A DNA stretch of 24,000 bases, from positions 3,299,077 through 3,323,076 of the forward strand of contig CAXXWF010000001.1 of assembly GCA_963665865.2 (NCBI GenBank), given 5' to 3'. Position 1 is the first letter of the stretch. Every line of letters starts with the position of its first letter. Under the pieces are notes generated by a model. It was not told the origin of the DNA and did not search any database. It worked only from the letters and a program-made list of their open reading frames with translations. Below are positions 1 to 9,085 of the stretch, one piece after another. This DNA comes from Syntrophomonadaceae bacterium. GTDB taxonomy: Bacteria > Bacillota > Syntrophomonadia > Syntrophomonadales > Syntrophomonadaceae. The position numbers and the translations under genes are program-made.

Positions 1-1180
1 GTCCACATATAATTTGATGTCGGTAATCAAACTCAGGCAGCTTTTCGCTGAACTCTTCAATGAAAAATGGCCTTTCCGGTCTTGGTCCCACCAGGCTCAT
101 TTCCCCTTTTAAAACATTAACAAACTGTGGTATTTCATCTAAACGGGTTGTTCTTAGAAAATTTCCTACTCTAGTTATACGGGGATCCTGTTTGTCTGCA
201 AAAACTGGACCTGATAACTTTTCTGCATCCTGAATCATCGTTCTAAATTTATATACCTTGAACACCTTTCCCCTTATTCCCGTTCTCGTCTGAGAGTAAA
301 ATACGGAACCTGGAGAATCAATTTTGATCAAAGCAGCAATTATCAATGAAATCGGCATTAATATTATTAAAGCAACAAATGAAAATATTATATCCATCAA
401 CCTTTTTACAATTCCCGTATTACTTTCAGATAATATACCTTGTAATTGTATTATGGGTACATCTCCCGCACTCACTAACTTGGCCCGTTGCAGCAATATA
501 TCGTACACCCCAGGCACTAACATAATTATTTTACTTTCACTAATTGCATAACTAACTAATATGTTTCTCTCTTTCTGTCCAACTGAAGAACATATCAAAA
601 TTACTTCTATTTCATTTGCAATCGACGAATTAATATAGTTGCTCCAGCTGCCCTCAAAATTATCTTTGCTGTTCAGCCTAAGCTCTTTCGCTATTGTTAA
701 GCCGTGACTTAATGAAACATTTATTGAGCTTAGAAGTTTTTTTATTTCACCAGAGTATCCAATAATAAGGGCTTTCTTCGGATACTTTATTAAGAGTCCT
801 TTTCTCCAAACGATATAGCGCCATGTCGCCAAAAGAAATAATTGCATGACCCCCGATATTAGGAAAATGGATCTTGGAACCGCAAATTGTCTAAATAGAA
901 ATGACAAGCTGACGTTTATAATATCTGTAAGGATAACTATACACACCAGCGATGCTAATATCTCATCAAATTTGATATATACGGAGTAAAGATTATATAC
1001 CATTAAAAGAATTACAAATACGCTAACAAACCAAGGCAGCATGTAATAAAAATCTTTAAGATTAAATGCTGGGAGTTCCCTTCCATAACGTAAATAGAAA
1101 GATAGAAAAAATGAAATTATATATACTGAAATATCTATAAAAGCTACAAGAACCTTATTTAATTTAATTGAAGAAGTCAT
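1..1180 (-). CDS. Polyprenyl-phosphate glycosyl-1-phosphate transferase (bacterial sugar transferase, WbaP/CpsE/EpsL-like); C-terminus cut by the window edge
   Basis: Absent from the ORF track because it runs off the left edge. My minus-strand translation starts at ATG (complement of 1178-1180) with GGAGG upstream. It gives MTSSIKLNKVLVAFIDISVYIISFFLSFYLRYG... with several hydrophobic helices. It continues ...FYSQTRTGIRGKVFKVYKFRTMIQDAEKLSGPVFADKQDPRITRVGNFLRTTRLDEIPQFVNVLKGEMSLVGPRPERPFFIEEF..., the hallmark bacterial sugar transferase motif. Confidence 0.9.
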   Translation of the reverse strand, partial: MTSSIKLNKVLVAFIDISVYIISFFLSFYLRYGRELPAFNLKDFYYMLPWFVSVFVILLMVYNLYSVYIKFDEILASLVCIVILTDIINVSLSFLFRQFAVPRSIFLISGVMQLFLLATWRYIVWRKGLLIKYPKKALIIGYSGEIKKLLSSINVSLSHGLTIAKELRLNSKDNFEGSWSNYINSSIANEIEVILICSSVGQKERNILVSYAISESKIIMLVPGVYDILLQRAKLVSAGDVPIIQLQGILSESNTGIVKRLMDIIFSFVALIILMPISLIIAALIKIDSPGSVFYSQTRTGIRGKVFKVYKFRTMIQDAEKLSGPVFADKQDPRITRVGNFLRTTRLDEIPQFVNVLKGEMSLVGPRPERPFFIEEFSEKLPEFDYRHQIICG

Positions 1181-1398
1181 ACAACTGCCTCCTGGAGATA
1201 AATATTCATCTTGTTAATCATTTCTATACAATATATGCAATAAACTTTTTTAATTCGATATCTGTTTACTAATTCCCTGCAAATTTTCTATAGCTTTTCA
1301 TGGTAATTTTTATGCAGATAAATATTTTCCGACTTTAGAGGTATTTTTTTGACAACCCCTTGTGGGCAATTTAGGAAATTGTCGTTATGGGATCAAGG

Positions 1399-1407
1399 TG
1401 TTAAAAT
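1399..1407 (+). promoter_or_regulatory. Candidate extended -10 (TGTTAAAAT) sigma-A-type promoter upstream of the ECF sigma gene
   Basis: TGTTAAAAT at 1399-1407. The identical 9-mer occurs upstream of the VanZ-like gene at 12086-12094. No good -35 box. Confidence 0.3.
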
Positions 1408-1446
1408 GAATAGTGCAAATATTTAATTTTGTAAATTTACCGGACC

Positions 1447-1476
1447 GGGAACTTTTTTTATGGGCCGGGTGTCTAA
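1447..1476 (+). promoter_or_regulatory. ECF-type (probably autoregulated) promoter
   Basis: GGGAACTT (1447-1454), then 16 nt, then GTCTAA (1471-1476), about 45 nt upstream of the sigma factor start. This fits the general ECF architecture (GGAAC -35, GTC-containing -10). ECF sigma genes are commonly autoregulated. Confidence 0.55.
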
Positions 1477-1521
1477 TAACTAGCCTGGTATATGTACTAG
1501 GTGATTCAGGGAGTGTAGTTT

Positions 1522-2094
1522 TTGACGACTGTTAAAGACCTAACCGAAAAAGCCCAGCGGGATGACCTGAGTGCTTTCGAGGAACTGGTGCTTATGTACC
1601 AGGATAGGGTTTATTCTCATTGCCATTACTTGGCAGGGAACCCTGACGATGGCCAGGATCTGGCGCAGGATGTTTTCGTTCAGGCGTTTAAAGGTATTCG
1701 ATCTTTTCGTAATGATGCTGACTTTGGAACCTGGCTTCATAGAATCGCAGTAAATCTGTGGATTAATTTCTGCCGCCGGAATAATAAAGTAGTAACATTT
1801 TCACTGGATGAGCCTTTGCCGCTCCGAGACAGCGAAATAAGCCGCGAATTGGCTGCTAGCGATGAAAGTCCCCTGGAAAAGGTAGAGCGCAGCGAATTCA
1901 ATGCGATGGTGGAAACCGCTCTTAACAGTTTACTGCCTGAGTTTCGAACCGTTCTGGTGCTGAGAGAAATGGAAGGATACAATTACGATGAAATTGCTGC
2001 TGCACTGGGCTGTTCTTTGGGGACAGTCAAGTCCCGGATTAATCGGGGGCGAAAGGCTTTAAAGAAGGAACTGGAAAAACAACTGAAAGCGTGA
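1522..2094 (+). CDS. ECF-family RNA polymerase sigma-70 factor
   Basis: 190 aa. Region 2 reads DLAQDVFVQAF...FGTWLHRIAVNLWINFCRR. The region 4 HTH reads LPEFRTVLVLREMEGYNYDEIAAALGCSLGTVKSRINRGRKAL. TTG start with AGGGAG 7 nt upstream. Its stop overlaps the downstream gene start. Confidence 0.92.
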   Translation: MTTVKDLTEKAQRDDLSAFEELVLMYQDRVYSHCHYLAGNPDDGQDLAQDVFVQAFKGIRSFRNDADFGTWLHRIAVNLWINFCRRNNKVVTFSLDEPLPLRDSEISRELAASDESPLEKVERSEFNAMVETALNSLLPEFRTVLVLREMEGYNYDEIAAALGCSLGTVKSRINRGRKALKKELEKQLKA

Positions 2095-3098
2095 TGGGCA
2101 TGGACTGCAGGAAATTTGAACAACTTATATCTCCTTTTCTGGATGGTGAACTGGGACCGGTCGAAGCCGGCGCAGTAAGGTCTCACCTGTCTGTGTGTGC
2201 AGCTTGCCAGCAGGAGTATGAGGATCTGCTTCATCTTTCTGTTTCTCTCAAACAGATGGGAGACATTCTTATGCCTGCGCCAATTGGTTTTAAGGATACA
2301 CTCATGCAGCGTATTAGTGAAGAAAAGGTTATTACTCCGGTTAAGACTTCTCGTTGGTTTAATCGAAGCTGGAGGCAGGCTGCGGCCGGTGCAGCTGCGG
2401 CCCTGTTGCTGATTTTCGGTGCGGCCAGTTTGAATATCAGCCCTGTTTTTCAGCTAGCGGAGAAGAATCCTATAATTGAATCACAACCCGGTGTTAGCAG
2501 CCCCGGTGTAGTGACCCCTACGAATAATGGCAGCCCTGCACAGCCTGGGGTTGTAACTCCTGGGCAGCCTGAGGGGATAACTCCTGAGGTTACAAAGGAC
2601 GGTACCACTCAGCTAGCAGCTTCAGACCCTGTTGCGAATAGTTTGCGTTCTGCTCCGGTATTCTTAAATAAGGAACGAGCTATAATAACCACCATGCTAA
2701 AAGTAGACGTAAATGGATCTAACTCGGCTTTGGAGAAAGCTCTAGCACTTGCGGATAATGCGCATGCTAAAACTCAGAATCTAGGCCAATCGGTAAATGA
2801 AAATGGCAGTTACACCGCTCTTAAGATTACGGTTGCGAAGTCCTCTGCTAGTAACTTGATTAGTGAACTCAGCAGCTTGGGTACGGTAAGCAGCAAGGAA
2901 GTAGATAAGAATGATATATCTGCCCGTTATACGGAAACCCTGTCCCAATACCAGACACTGGTTACCCAGCGCGCAACTTTACAGGATGCCAGCCAGAAGG
3001 CTCAGCTGGATCAGCGGATAGAGACCCTGGAAAATCAGCTTCAGGATTGGGAGCAAAAAGCTGAGCAGGAAACCATCGTACTGTGGCTTGAAAAATAA
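2091..3098 (+). CDS. Membrane anti-sigma factor (zf-HC2 N-terminus, single TM, extracytoplasmic DUF4349-like coiled-coil domain)
   Basis: 335 aa, translationally coupled to the sigma gene (GTGATG overlap). zf-HC2-like motif CRKFEQLISPFLDGEL...HLSVCAACQ. TM helix AAAGAAAALLLIFGAASLNI, then a Pro-rich linker. The C-terminal part (TALKITVAKSSASNLISELSSLGTVSSKEVDKNDISARYTETLSQYQTL...) resembles DUF4349, recalled from memory. Confidence 0.8.
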   Translation: MMGMDCRKFEQLISPFLDGELGPVEAGAVRSHLSVCAACQQEYEDLLHLSVSLKQMGDILMPAPIGFKDTLMQRISEEKVITPVKTSRWFNRSWRQAAAGAAAALLLIFGAASLNISPVFQLAEKNPIIESQPGVSSPGVVTPTNNGSPAQPGVVTPGQPEGITPEVTKDGTTQLAASDPVANSLRSAPVFLNKERAIITTMLKVDVNGSNSALEKALALADNAHAKTQNLGQSVNENGSYTALKITVAKSSASNLISELSSLGTVSSKEVDKNDISARYTETLSQYQTLVTQRATLQDASQKAQLDQRIETLENQLQDWEQKAEQETIVLWLEK

Positions 3099-3130
3099 GA
3101 TTAATAAAATAGAATAAGATGTTTTATCGT

Positions 3131-3154
3131 AGGCGCCTGAGAGGGCGCTTTTTT
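3131..3154 (+). terminator. Rho-independent terminator of the sigma/anti-sigma operon
   Basis: GCGCC (3133-3137), a 6-nt loop, GGCGC (3144-3148), then TTTTTT. It lies 33 nt after the stop codon. Confidence 0.55.
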
Positions 3155-3194
3155 GTGAGCTATATATATCATCAACCGCACTCCCCTGGCTTCC

Positions 3195-6100
3195 CTACTG
3201 GGTATAAATCTGGTCCAGAATCGCGGCGGTTTCGGCGCGGGTAACGGGTCGGTTTGGATCCAGGTATTCACCGGTGAATATGTTTAATAGGCCCCGTTCA
3301 TACATCTGGGAAAAGGCATCCCGAGCCCAGGGTGGTACAGAAGCTAAATCTTTATACGGTAACCATTTCTGCTTCGGTTTGGTACCTGACAGATGGAAAA
3401 TAATAACTGCCAGTTCACTGCGAGTTACAGCCCGATCTGGCTGGAAACTTCCATCCGGATAACCGCTGATTATGCCTTGCTCCCGGGCTGCCAGAGCCGC
3501 TTCCAAAGCCCACCAGGGAATGTCGCTGGAATCACTGAAATTGGACTGTTCGTTCATGACGGTCAGGGTCAGATACTGCATATTGGCAATCATTGCTAAT
3601 AATTCCGCCCGGCTCAGGGATTGATCAGGATGGTAGCTGCCATCACCATATCCTGCGATTATTTTCCTACTGGCCAAATCTTTAATATATTTTTCTGCCC
3701 AATTACCGCTTATATCAGTAAAGCTGCCCACAGCTGGCACAGTTGGATAAGTGTTGATTTCTGTATCACTTACTTTCATCCCGCCGCTGCGCGTATCCAA
3801 TGCCACCACCAGCAAGTCGGTTTCGTTCTCCAACAGGTGATATAAACGGCTGAATCGCCCGTCGGTAACTATGATGCGCTCGTGACTGCCATCTTTGCGG
3901 TACAGGTATAAGCGATCCGCTGTAGTATAGCCCTGAAGAACTAAGACCCCGTTTAAAGCACTAGCCGTTATTTCTAAATCGGGTGCCGCCTTTTGATCCG
4001 AGCTCACATTTGCTTCTACTCCTGCTAATACCTGCGGCCAGGGTGACGGAGATAGTAAGGTAGTGAGGTCAACTTTCTCGCCCGCCCTTAGATCCTCAGC
4101 ATTTATACAATAACCGCCTTTGCTGATGCGGGTAGAACTGCTGTAGGTATATTCAGATCCGTCGCTCATTACCAGAGTCTTAGTATCCGAATTAACTGAA
4201 GCCAAGGTTTTTACCGTTTCTTTATCAATTTCAGCCAAATCAATCCGCCATGCCTGTTTTTCAGTCGGATCGCTAATAATCCGCACCCAGCTGCCGGAGA
4301 TAATAGCTGCGGAATCCAACGGAATCCCATACCCGAACACCTCAGTCTGCTTATCAAAGGTATAATCTTGGGATTGGTTGTTAGAGTCTATTATGTAGAG
4401 ACTTTTTTGCTGGGTACTAGCATATACCACCCGCCCGTAACTTACATTACTAAAGGCCTGCAGTTGAATGATGCTAGGTCGATCCGGCATCAGCAGGGCT
4501 CTAACCCAAATCCCGGCTTTTAGTGCTTCTAGCGATACCTCTTGTCTGTCCATATATATAGTGGTACCAGGAAAAAGCTGGTAGGTTTGACCCGTATCCA
4601 GGGTGATCTTCTCCTCTTTAGTATTAACTGAAGCTACTTGCCCTATGGCCATGGGTCTTTCCAGCATTAAAGATTGCACCACCTGGGTTTGGGGAGAGAC
4701 CTGCACGGTAACTTTGGTTCCGGGCAAAAGTTTTTCTAAATCATTTTGTTCTGCCGAACCATAAGGAGTATCCCGAGCTGTGCCGTCCAGTATTTTATCC
4801 TGATAGGATATAGCCGCCCAAGGGGCCAATTTGTATGTATTTGGGTCGCGCAGGAGCTTAACCTCTCGGGTTGCAGGGTTAACCTCAGCGATGAAACCAC
4901 TTATTTCCTGGTTGTTTGCCTCCAGCTTCCACAGGGTTTGGAGAGCCGGGTTTATGCTGGCCTGCAACTCCGATCCGGGTGGAATATCGATGATACTGGC
5001 TGCCGGCTGGCCGTTCACCATAATACCACCAGCAGCAGCCCGAGGATCCAGATAATAGCCTCCTTCTCTCACTCCGGTATTCATTTCTAACAGAAGATCC
5101 CCCTCGGCGGTAGGCAGGGCTTGTATCCCTCCGGTTTTCCAGGTTTGCCCGAAAACATAAGCACTATTGGAAGTCAGGTAAATGTCGCTGCCCGCCTGGA
5201 TACTAGCTGTTGAATTGACCAGAACGCCGTCCACTACCTGATGCAGCTTAAAGGTTTTCAGGTTGACCTTTGTGCCATCCAGCAGAAGTATTTCATTTTT
5301 ATCAATATTCTCAACCACCTGCTTTTTAAGAGTCTGACCATACACCAGGGCAAAATCCTGCCCACCGGACGAGCCTATTTTGTTGGCCCGAATTTTTATA
5401 GTGTACTCGCCGGTTTCGGATAATGGGATAGACACCTGTTCAACGTTATTGCGATCATCGGCCTTGCCCTGACTGGTAAAATCGTTACCATAATAGCTTT
5501 TTCCGCTCGGGTCCTGCACGATCAGGTCGAGATTGTTAACCAGGGCTGAACCGGATCCCAAAATAGCCGGAGGGTCTACCCAGGCCAGGGTTACTTTCAC
5601 CGGCATGGAAGTATCAGTTACCTGCAGCTTATATTCCTTAGTTTCTCCCTCTTCAAGTCTGGTTTTTTCATCAGCTATATTAAAGGTACCCTCCTGTAGT
5701 GCCAGAGCTGTACCGGCCAAATCCAGTATACCAAAGCCCTCTTCCGCAGTATTACCGGTCTGGGGCTGAGCCCCATTTATTAATAAGGCCTTAAGTAACG
5801 CTGATGAAGGATTGGGCATATTCAGCTGAGTGTTCAACTGTTCCCGCAGCAAGGCCAAGGCTCCGCCGGTTACTGCGGCTGCCATGCTGCTGCCCCCCAT
5901 ACGGGTATAGAGCGAATTGGCGGTATAATTACTCTCTACCAGACTGGAGCAGGCAGAAATTAGGGCTGAACCCGGAGCCAGCAGATCGGGTTTGATACGA
6001 CCATCCTGAGTCGGCCCCCGGCTGGAAGAGTCTGCTGGCTGGTCGGCGAAGCGAGCCTCGGGATCAAAGGCAGGACGCGGAACCTGGCTGGAACCTACCA

Positions 6101-6776
6101 CCAGCGCATTCTTGCTGTTGGCCTCAGAAGTGAGCGTACTATTACTGGGGCCACTATTGCCCGCTCCGAAGACTGGCAGGAAATCCGGATACCGATATAC
6201 AAAACTATCGATCTGGGATGAACTGGTATTATAAGTGTTAGTACCACTGCCCCAACCATCTACATGAATTCTTACTCCGGCGGAATAGGCAGGGCGGAAG
6301 AGGTCATTTAGAAGATCGGGGATTTTTAGGTTATTGTTTTGATCTAATAGGGCTTGAAAATATAGGCTGGCACCAGGAGCAATGCCCTCGTATTTCCCTT
6401 GCGAAGCCTTACCGGTGCCGGCAATGGTCGCAGCCATGAAAGTGCCGTGTCCGTTGGGATCATCAGCAATTGTGCGATCGGTGTAAGATTTTAGCATAAC
6501 TACCTTGGGCATGTCTCCAGTTTCACTTTGCAGATCAGGATGAATATCACTCATGCTGCCCTTGTCCAGACCGCTGTCTGCAATGCCCACAATTTGACCC
6601 TTACCGCTCAGTCCGGTGGGGGTAATTATGTTTCTGACCAGCAGGGGGCTGGCGCCGATGATGTCAGCAGAACGGTCGTTGGCTAAGATAGGATCTATAA
6701 AACATTGAAAAAATAAGCACAAACAAAGCAACAGTGATAAGTAATCCCGCCACCGTTTTTTATATATGTATTTCAT
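3195..6776 (-). CDS. Secreted S8 (subtilisin-family) serine peptidase with three C-terminal SLH cell-wall-anchoring domains
   Basis: 1193 aa with an N-terminal signal/TM segment. Catalytic triad contexts are GIADSGLD (Asp), HGTFMAATIAG (His) and GGSSMAAAVTGGALALL (Ser). The C-terminus has three SLH-like repeats (FTDISGNWAEKYIKDLASRKIIAGYGDGSYHPDQSLSRAELLAM; FSDSSDIPWWALEAALAAREQGIISGYPDGSFQPDRAVTRSELAV; YKDLASVPPWARDAFSQMYERGLL...). Confidence 0.9.
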   Translation of the reverse strand: MKYIYKKRWRDYLSLLLCLCLFFQCFIDPILANDRSADIIGASPLLVRNIITPTGLSGKGQIVGIADSGLDKGSMSDIHPDLQSETGDMPKVVMLKSYTDRTIADDPNGHGTFMAATIAGTGKASQGKYEGIAPGASLYFQALLDQNNNLKIPDLLNDLFRPAYSAGVRIHVDGWGSGTNTYNTSSSQIDSFVYRYPDFLPVFGAGNSGPSNSTLTSEANSKNALVVGSSQVPRPAFDPEARFADQPADSSSRGPTQDGRIKPDLLAPGSALISACSSLVESNYTANSLYTRMGGSSMAAAVTGGALALLREQLNTQLNMPNPSSALLKALLINGAQPQTGNTAEEGFGILDLAGTALALQEGTFNIADEKTRLEEGETKEYKLQVTDTSMPVKVTLAWVDPPAILGSGSALVNNLDLIVQDPSGKSYYGNDFTSQGKADDRNNVEQVSIPLSETGEYTIKIRANKIGSSGGQDFALVYGQTLKKQVVENIDKNEILLLDGTKVNLKTFKLHQVVDGVLVNSTASIQAGSDIYLTSNSAYVFGQTWKTGGIQALPTAEGDLLLEMNTGVREGGYYLDPRAAAGGIMVNGQPAASIIDIPPGSELQASINPALQTLWKLEANNQEISGFIAEVNPATREVKLLRDPNTYKLAPWAAISYQDKILDGTARDTPYGSAEQNDLEKLLPGTKVTVQVSPQTQVVQSLMLERPMAIGQVASVNTKEEKITLDTGQTYQLFPGTTIYMDRQEVSLEALKAGIWVRALLMPDRPSIIQLQAFSNVSYGRVVYASTQQKSLYIIDSNNQSQDYTFDKQTEVFGYGIPLDSAAIISGSWVRIISDPTEKQAWRIDLAEIDKETVKTLASVNSDTKTLVMSDGSEYTYSSSTRISKGGYCINAEDLRAGEKVDLTTLLSPSPWPQVLAGVEANVSSDQKAAPDLEITASALNGVLVLQGYTTADRLYLYRKDGSHERIIVTDGRFSRLYHLLENETDLLVVALDTRSGGMKVSDTEINTYPTVPAVGSFTDISGNWAEKYIKDLASRKIIAGYGDGSYHPDQSLSRAELLAMIANMQYLTLTVMNEQSNFSDSSDIPWWALEAALAAREQGIISGYPDGSFQPDRAVTRSELAVIIFHLSGTKPKQKWLPYKDLASVPPWARDAFSQMYERGLLNIFTGEYLDPNRPVTRAETAAILDQIYTQ

Positions 6777-6815
6777 CTATGAGTACTCCTACTATATATT
6801 ATTTATCATGCCTCG

Positions 6816-8732
6816 CTAAGGCCTAACATTATTCAAATTAACATTCGCGTTCATATACGCGCCTATGGCGTCGGCTATCGCCTGGGAGGCCAGATCTCTG
6901 AACTGCTGCTGCTGCAGCAGCGCTTCCTCGGTCGGATTGCTGATAAAAGCCAGTTCAACCAGGGCTGATGGCATCACAGATTCCCTCAGTACCGACAGGT
7001 TACTCTGTTTTACGCCGCGGTCTGCCCGTCCCAAACTGGCCACCAGAGACTGTTGTAGTCTAAGTGCCAGATTGTAGCGTTCATCCTTTTGCAAATAGAG
7101 CCCCGGATTTTCCAGCGGAAAATAGCAGTAAGTCTCAGTTCCATAAGGGGCGGAACTGGTACTGGCATTGCAATGTACTGAAACAAATACAGACGCATTA
7201 TAAAGGTTAGCGATGTTGCTTCTATCCATCAGGGACACATTCGTATCGTCTGAGCGTGTATATACCACTTTAATACCCTTAGCGGTAAGTAACTGACCAG
7301 CTTGCAGAACGACAGGCAGATTCACATCTTTTTCGGCCAGGTAAGCACCACTGGCTCCCGGGTCGCTCCCCCCATGCCCGGCATCGAGTACCACAATGGG
7401 CACACGGGGCTGGATTTCACTCTGATCAATAAATAATATATTTAGCCCTGTACCGTCACCATTAGGACCTATCGAAAACTTGGCTGCTTTAGTAGTAGTT
7501 ATGGTCAAAACTGTACCAGTCTGTCCTTGAGGCTGTAAAACCATGCTGCTGATGAGAGGACTGTTGAAATTGTAATTGGCTGACGCCGAACCAACCAGAG
7601 CATTGGTAAACACTACCTCCAGACGATTGCTGGCAGTAGAGGATGTATATTGCATAGAGGTAACTGTACTTATAGTGATATTTTCACCACTGCTGCCAAA
7701 GGTCTTGCGGCTCACGTCATAAATATAGTTGGGGATAATTAAGACCTCTCTTTTCCCGTCATTCTCGGTTGCGGTTGTATACTGCACCCCGCTGGGAAGC
7801 TGTATGTTCACTACGGCGCTGTCGCCCTGGTTGCTGCCCGAGGCGTTAAGCACGGCTGCCCCCAGGTATTCCTGCAGGCTGCTGGTGCCTTGCATCTGCC
7901 GGTTGGCAAACACGTAGCTGACCTGGTTCGTAGTTTTATTGATAGTCTTGTCCAGCTTAACCGCTGATTCCATCATTATACGCACCCCGTCGGCGGTTCG
8001 CTGAGAAGAGAGAGTTACCCCCTCCAATACTTGCACGGGTAAAGGGTTAGGGTCCACGGCGGCGGCGGGGCTCTTCATATTAACTGTATAAGCGGCCTCA
8101 TCCCAGGTTACCGTGCCGCCCAGGGCTTCCCCTATAAAACGCAGGGGAGCCAGAGTGCGGTCGTTGACAGTCTTAGCTGGAACATCCAGGGGCCATGCCT
8201 GGCCATTAACGGTTGGAGAAGTGGAACCTATGGTCAATACCACCGTGGTGCTGCCGCGGGTCGCGGTAACCGTTTGGGTGGCATTGTTCCAATCCACCTG
8301 GGCCCCCATAGCCTCAAAAATAGCCCGCAGGGGAACCAGCGTGCGACCGTTTTCGACAATAGGCGGGACTTCAAACTGCATCTGTTGCCCGTCCAGTATT
8401 ACTATTGGCGTCTTGGCCGCAGAGGGGGTGGTTGGTTTCGCTTGGGCAACGCTCAACAGAGATTGGTTTACCCAGCCCACTGTTTTCCCATACTGAATCT
8501 GATACCATTCCCCGCTCTGGGAGATAATGGTCAATGTGGTGTTTTTATAGAGGGTGCCGGTTACGGCATACTGAGTCCCCGCCCCGGCGCGGATATTGAC
8601 GACGCTGCCGGTCACTACTCCAGTAGCCGCGGCAGCTTGATCAGGTAAAGGCGAGAATAGAAGAGATATGTATAGAGAGACCGTTACCGCTAATAGAAAC
8701 AATAAATTCTTCGTTTTCATCATTTTGAACAT
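6816..8732 (-). CDS. N-acetylmuramoyl-L-alanine amidase (Amidase_3) with N-terminal SH3-like and copper-amine-oxidase-N-like stalk domains
   Basis: 638 aa with a signal peptide. SH3b-like segment GVVTGSVVNIRAGAGTQYAVTGTLYKNTTLTIISQSGEWYQIQYGKTVGWV. Two stalk repeats of the type NGRTLVPLRAIFEAMGAQVDWNNATQTVT. C-terminal Amidase_3 core IVVLDAGHGGSDPGASG...VSVHCNA...VELAFISNPTEE. It sits 39 nt upstream of the S8 gene on the same strand, so the two are probably one operon. Confidence 0.88.
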   Translation of the reverse strand: MFKMMKTKNLLFLLAVTVSLYISLLFSPLPDQAAAATGVVTGSVVNIRAGAGTQYAVTGTLYKNTTLTIISQSGEWYQIQYGKTVGWVNQSLLSVAQAKPTTPSAAKTPIVILDGQQMQFEVPPIVENGRTLVPLRAIFEAMGAQVDWNNATQTVTATRGSTTVVLTIGSTSPTVNGQAWPLDVPAKTVNDRTLAPLRFIGEALGGTVTWDEAAYTVNMKSPAAAVDPNPLPVQVLEGVTLSSQRTADGVRIMMESAVKLDKTINKTTNQVSYVFANRQMQGTSSLQEYLGAAVLNASGSNQGDSAVVNIQLPSGVQYTTATENDGKREVLIIPNYIYDVSRKTFGSSGENITISTVTSMQYTSSTASNRLEVVFTNALVGSASANYNFNSPLISSMVLQPQGQTGTVLTITTTKAAKFSIGPNGDGTGLNILFIDQSEIQPRVPIVVLDAGHGGSDPGASGAYLAEKDVNLPVVLQAGQLLTAKGIKVVYTRSDDTNVSLMDRSNIANLYNASVFVSVHCNASTSSAPYGTETYCYFPLENPGLYLQKDERYNLALRLQQSLVASLGRADRGVKQSNLSVLRESVMPSALVELAFISNPTEEALLQQQQFRDLASQAIADAIGAYMNANVNLNNVRP

Positions 8733-9085
8733 AAAACCACCCTTTAAACAAATTGACCAGGCATTAACAGCCTATATCTTAAATGCTAGTCATTTCTGCC
8801 TTTATTGCCATTTTTCCTGCTTTCCAACCCAGGTAAATGCAGGTAAAACTGCTTTAATTACCTATCTATACTTATAATACGACAACTATCTTGCATCTGG
8901 GCTGAATTATTTCTGAAAATTAACCTGAAAGCCAACTCCAGGTTGCTCTTTTTTACCTTTTTATTCTAATTTTATCATGAATTCCCGTTTATTACTTAAA
9001 ATATTTGATTACAACAAAAAGATAAAGTACACTAATTCGAGAGAGGTTAACGTCTAGTGGTTAACCATCATGTGGAGGTATTATT

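Noticed and set aside
324-551. 75-aa plus-strand ORF
   Set aside because: It lies antisense inside the sugar transferase gene, whose minus-strand translation carries unmistakable family motifs.
4746-5090. Plus-strand ORFs overlapping the S8 protease gene, with similar cases at 3274-3845, 5241-5995, 6865-7077, 7729-7917 and 8113-8648
   Set aside because: All are antisense to long, well-supported minus-strand genes. They lack RBSs and recognisable motifs and are typical shadow ORFs.
9045-9066. GGTTAAC-N8-GTTAACC hairpin just upstream of the galE RBS
   Set aside because: The stem is a 7-bp AT-rich one that does not include the RBS or start codon. There is no support for a regulatory role from sequence alone.
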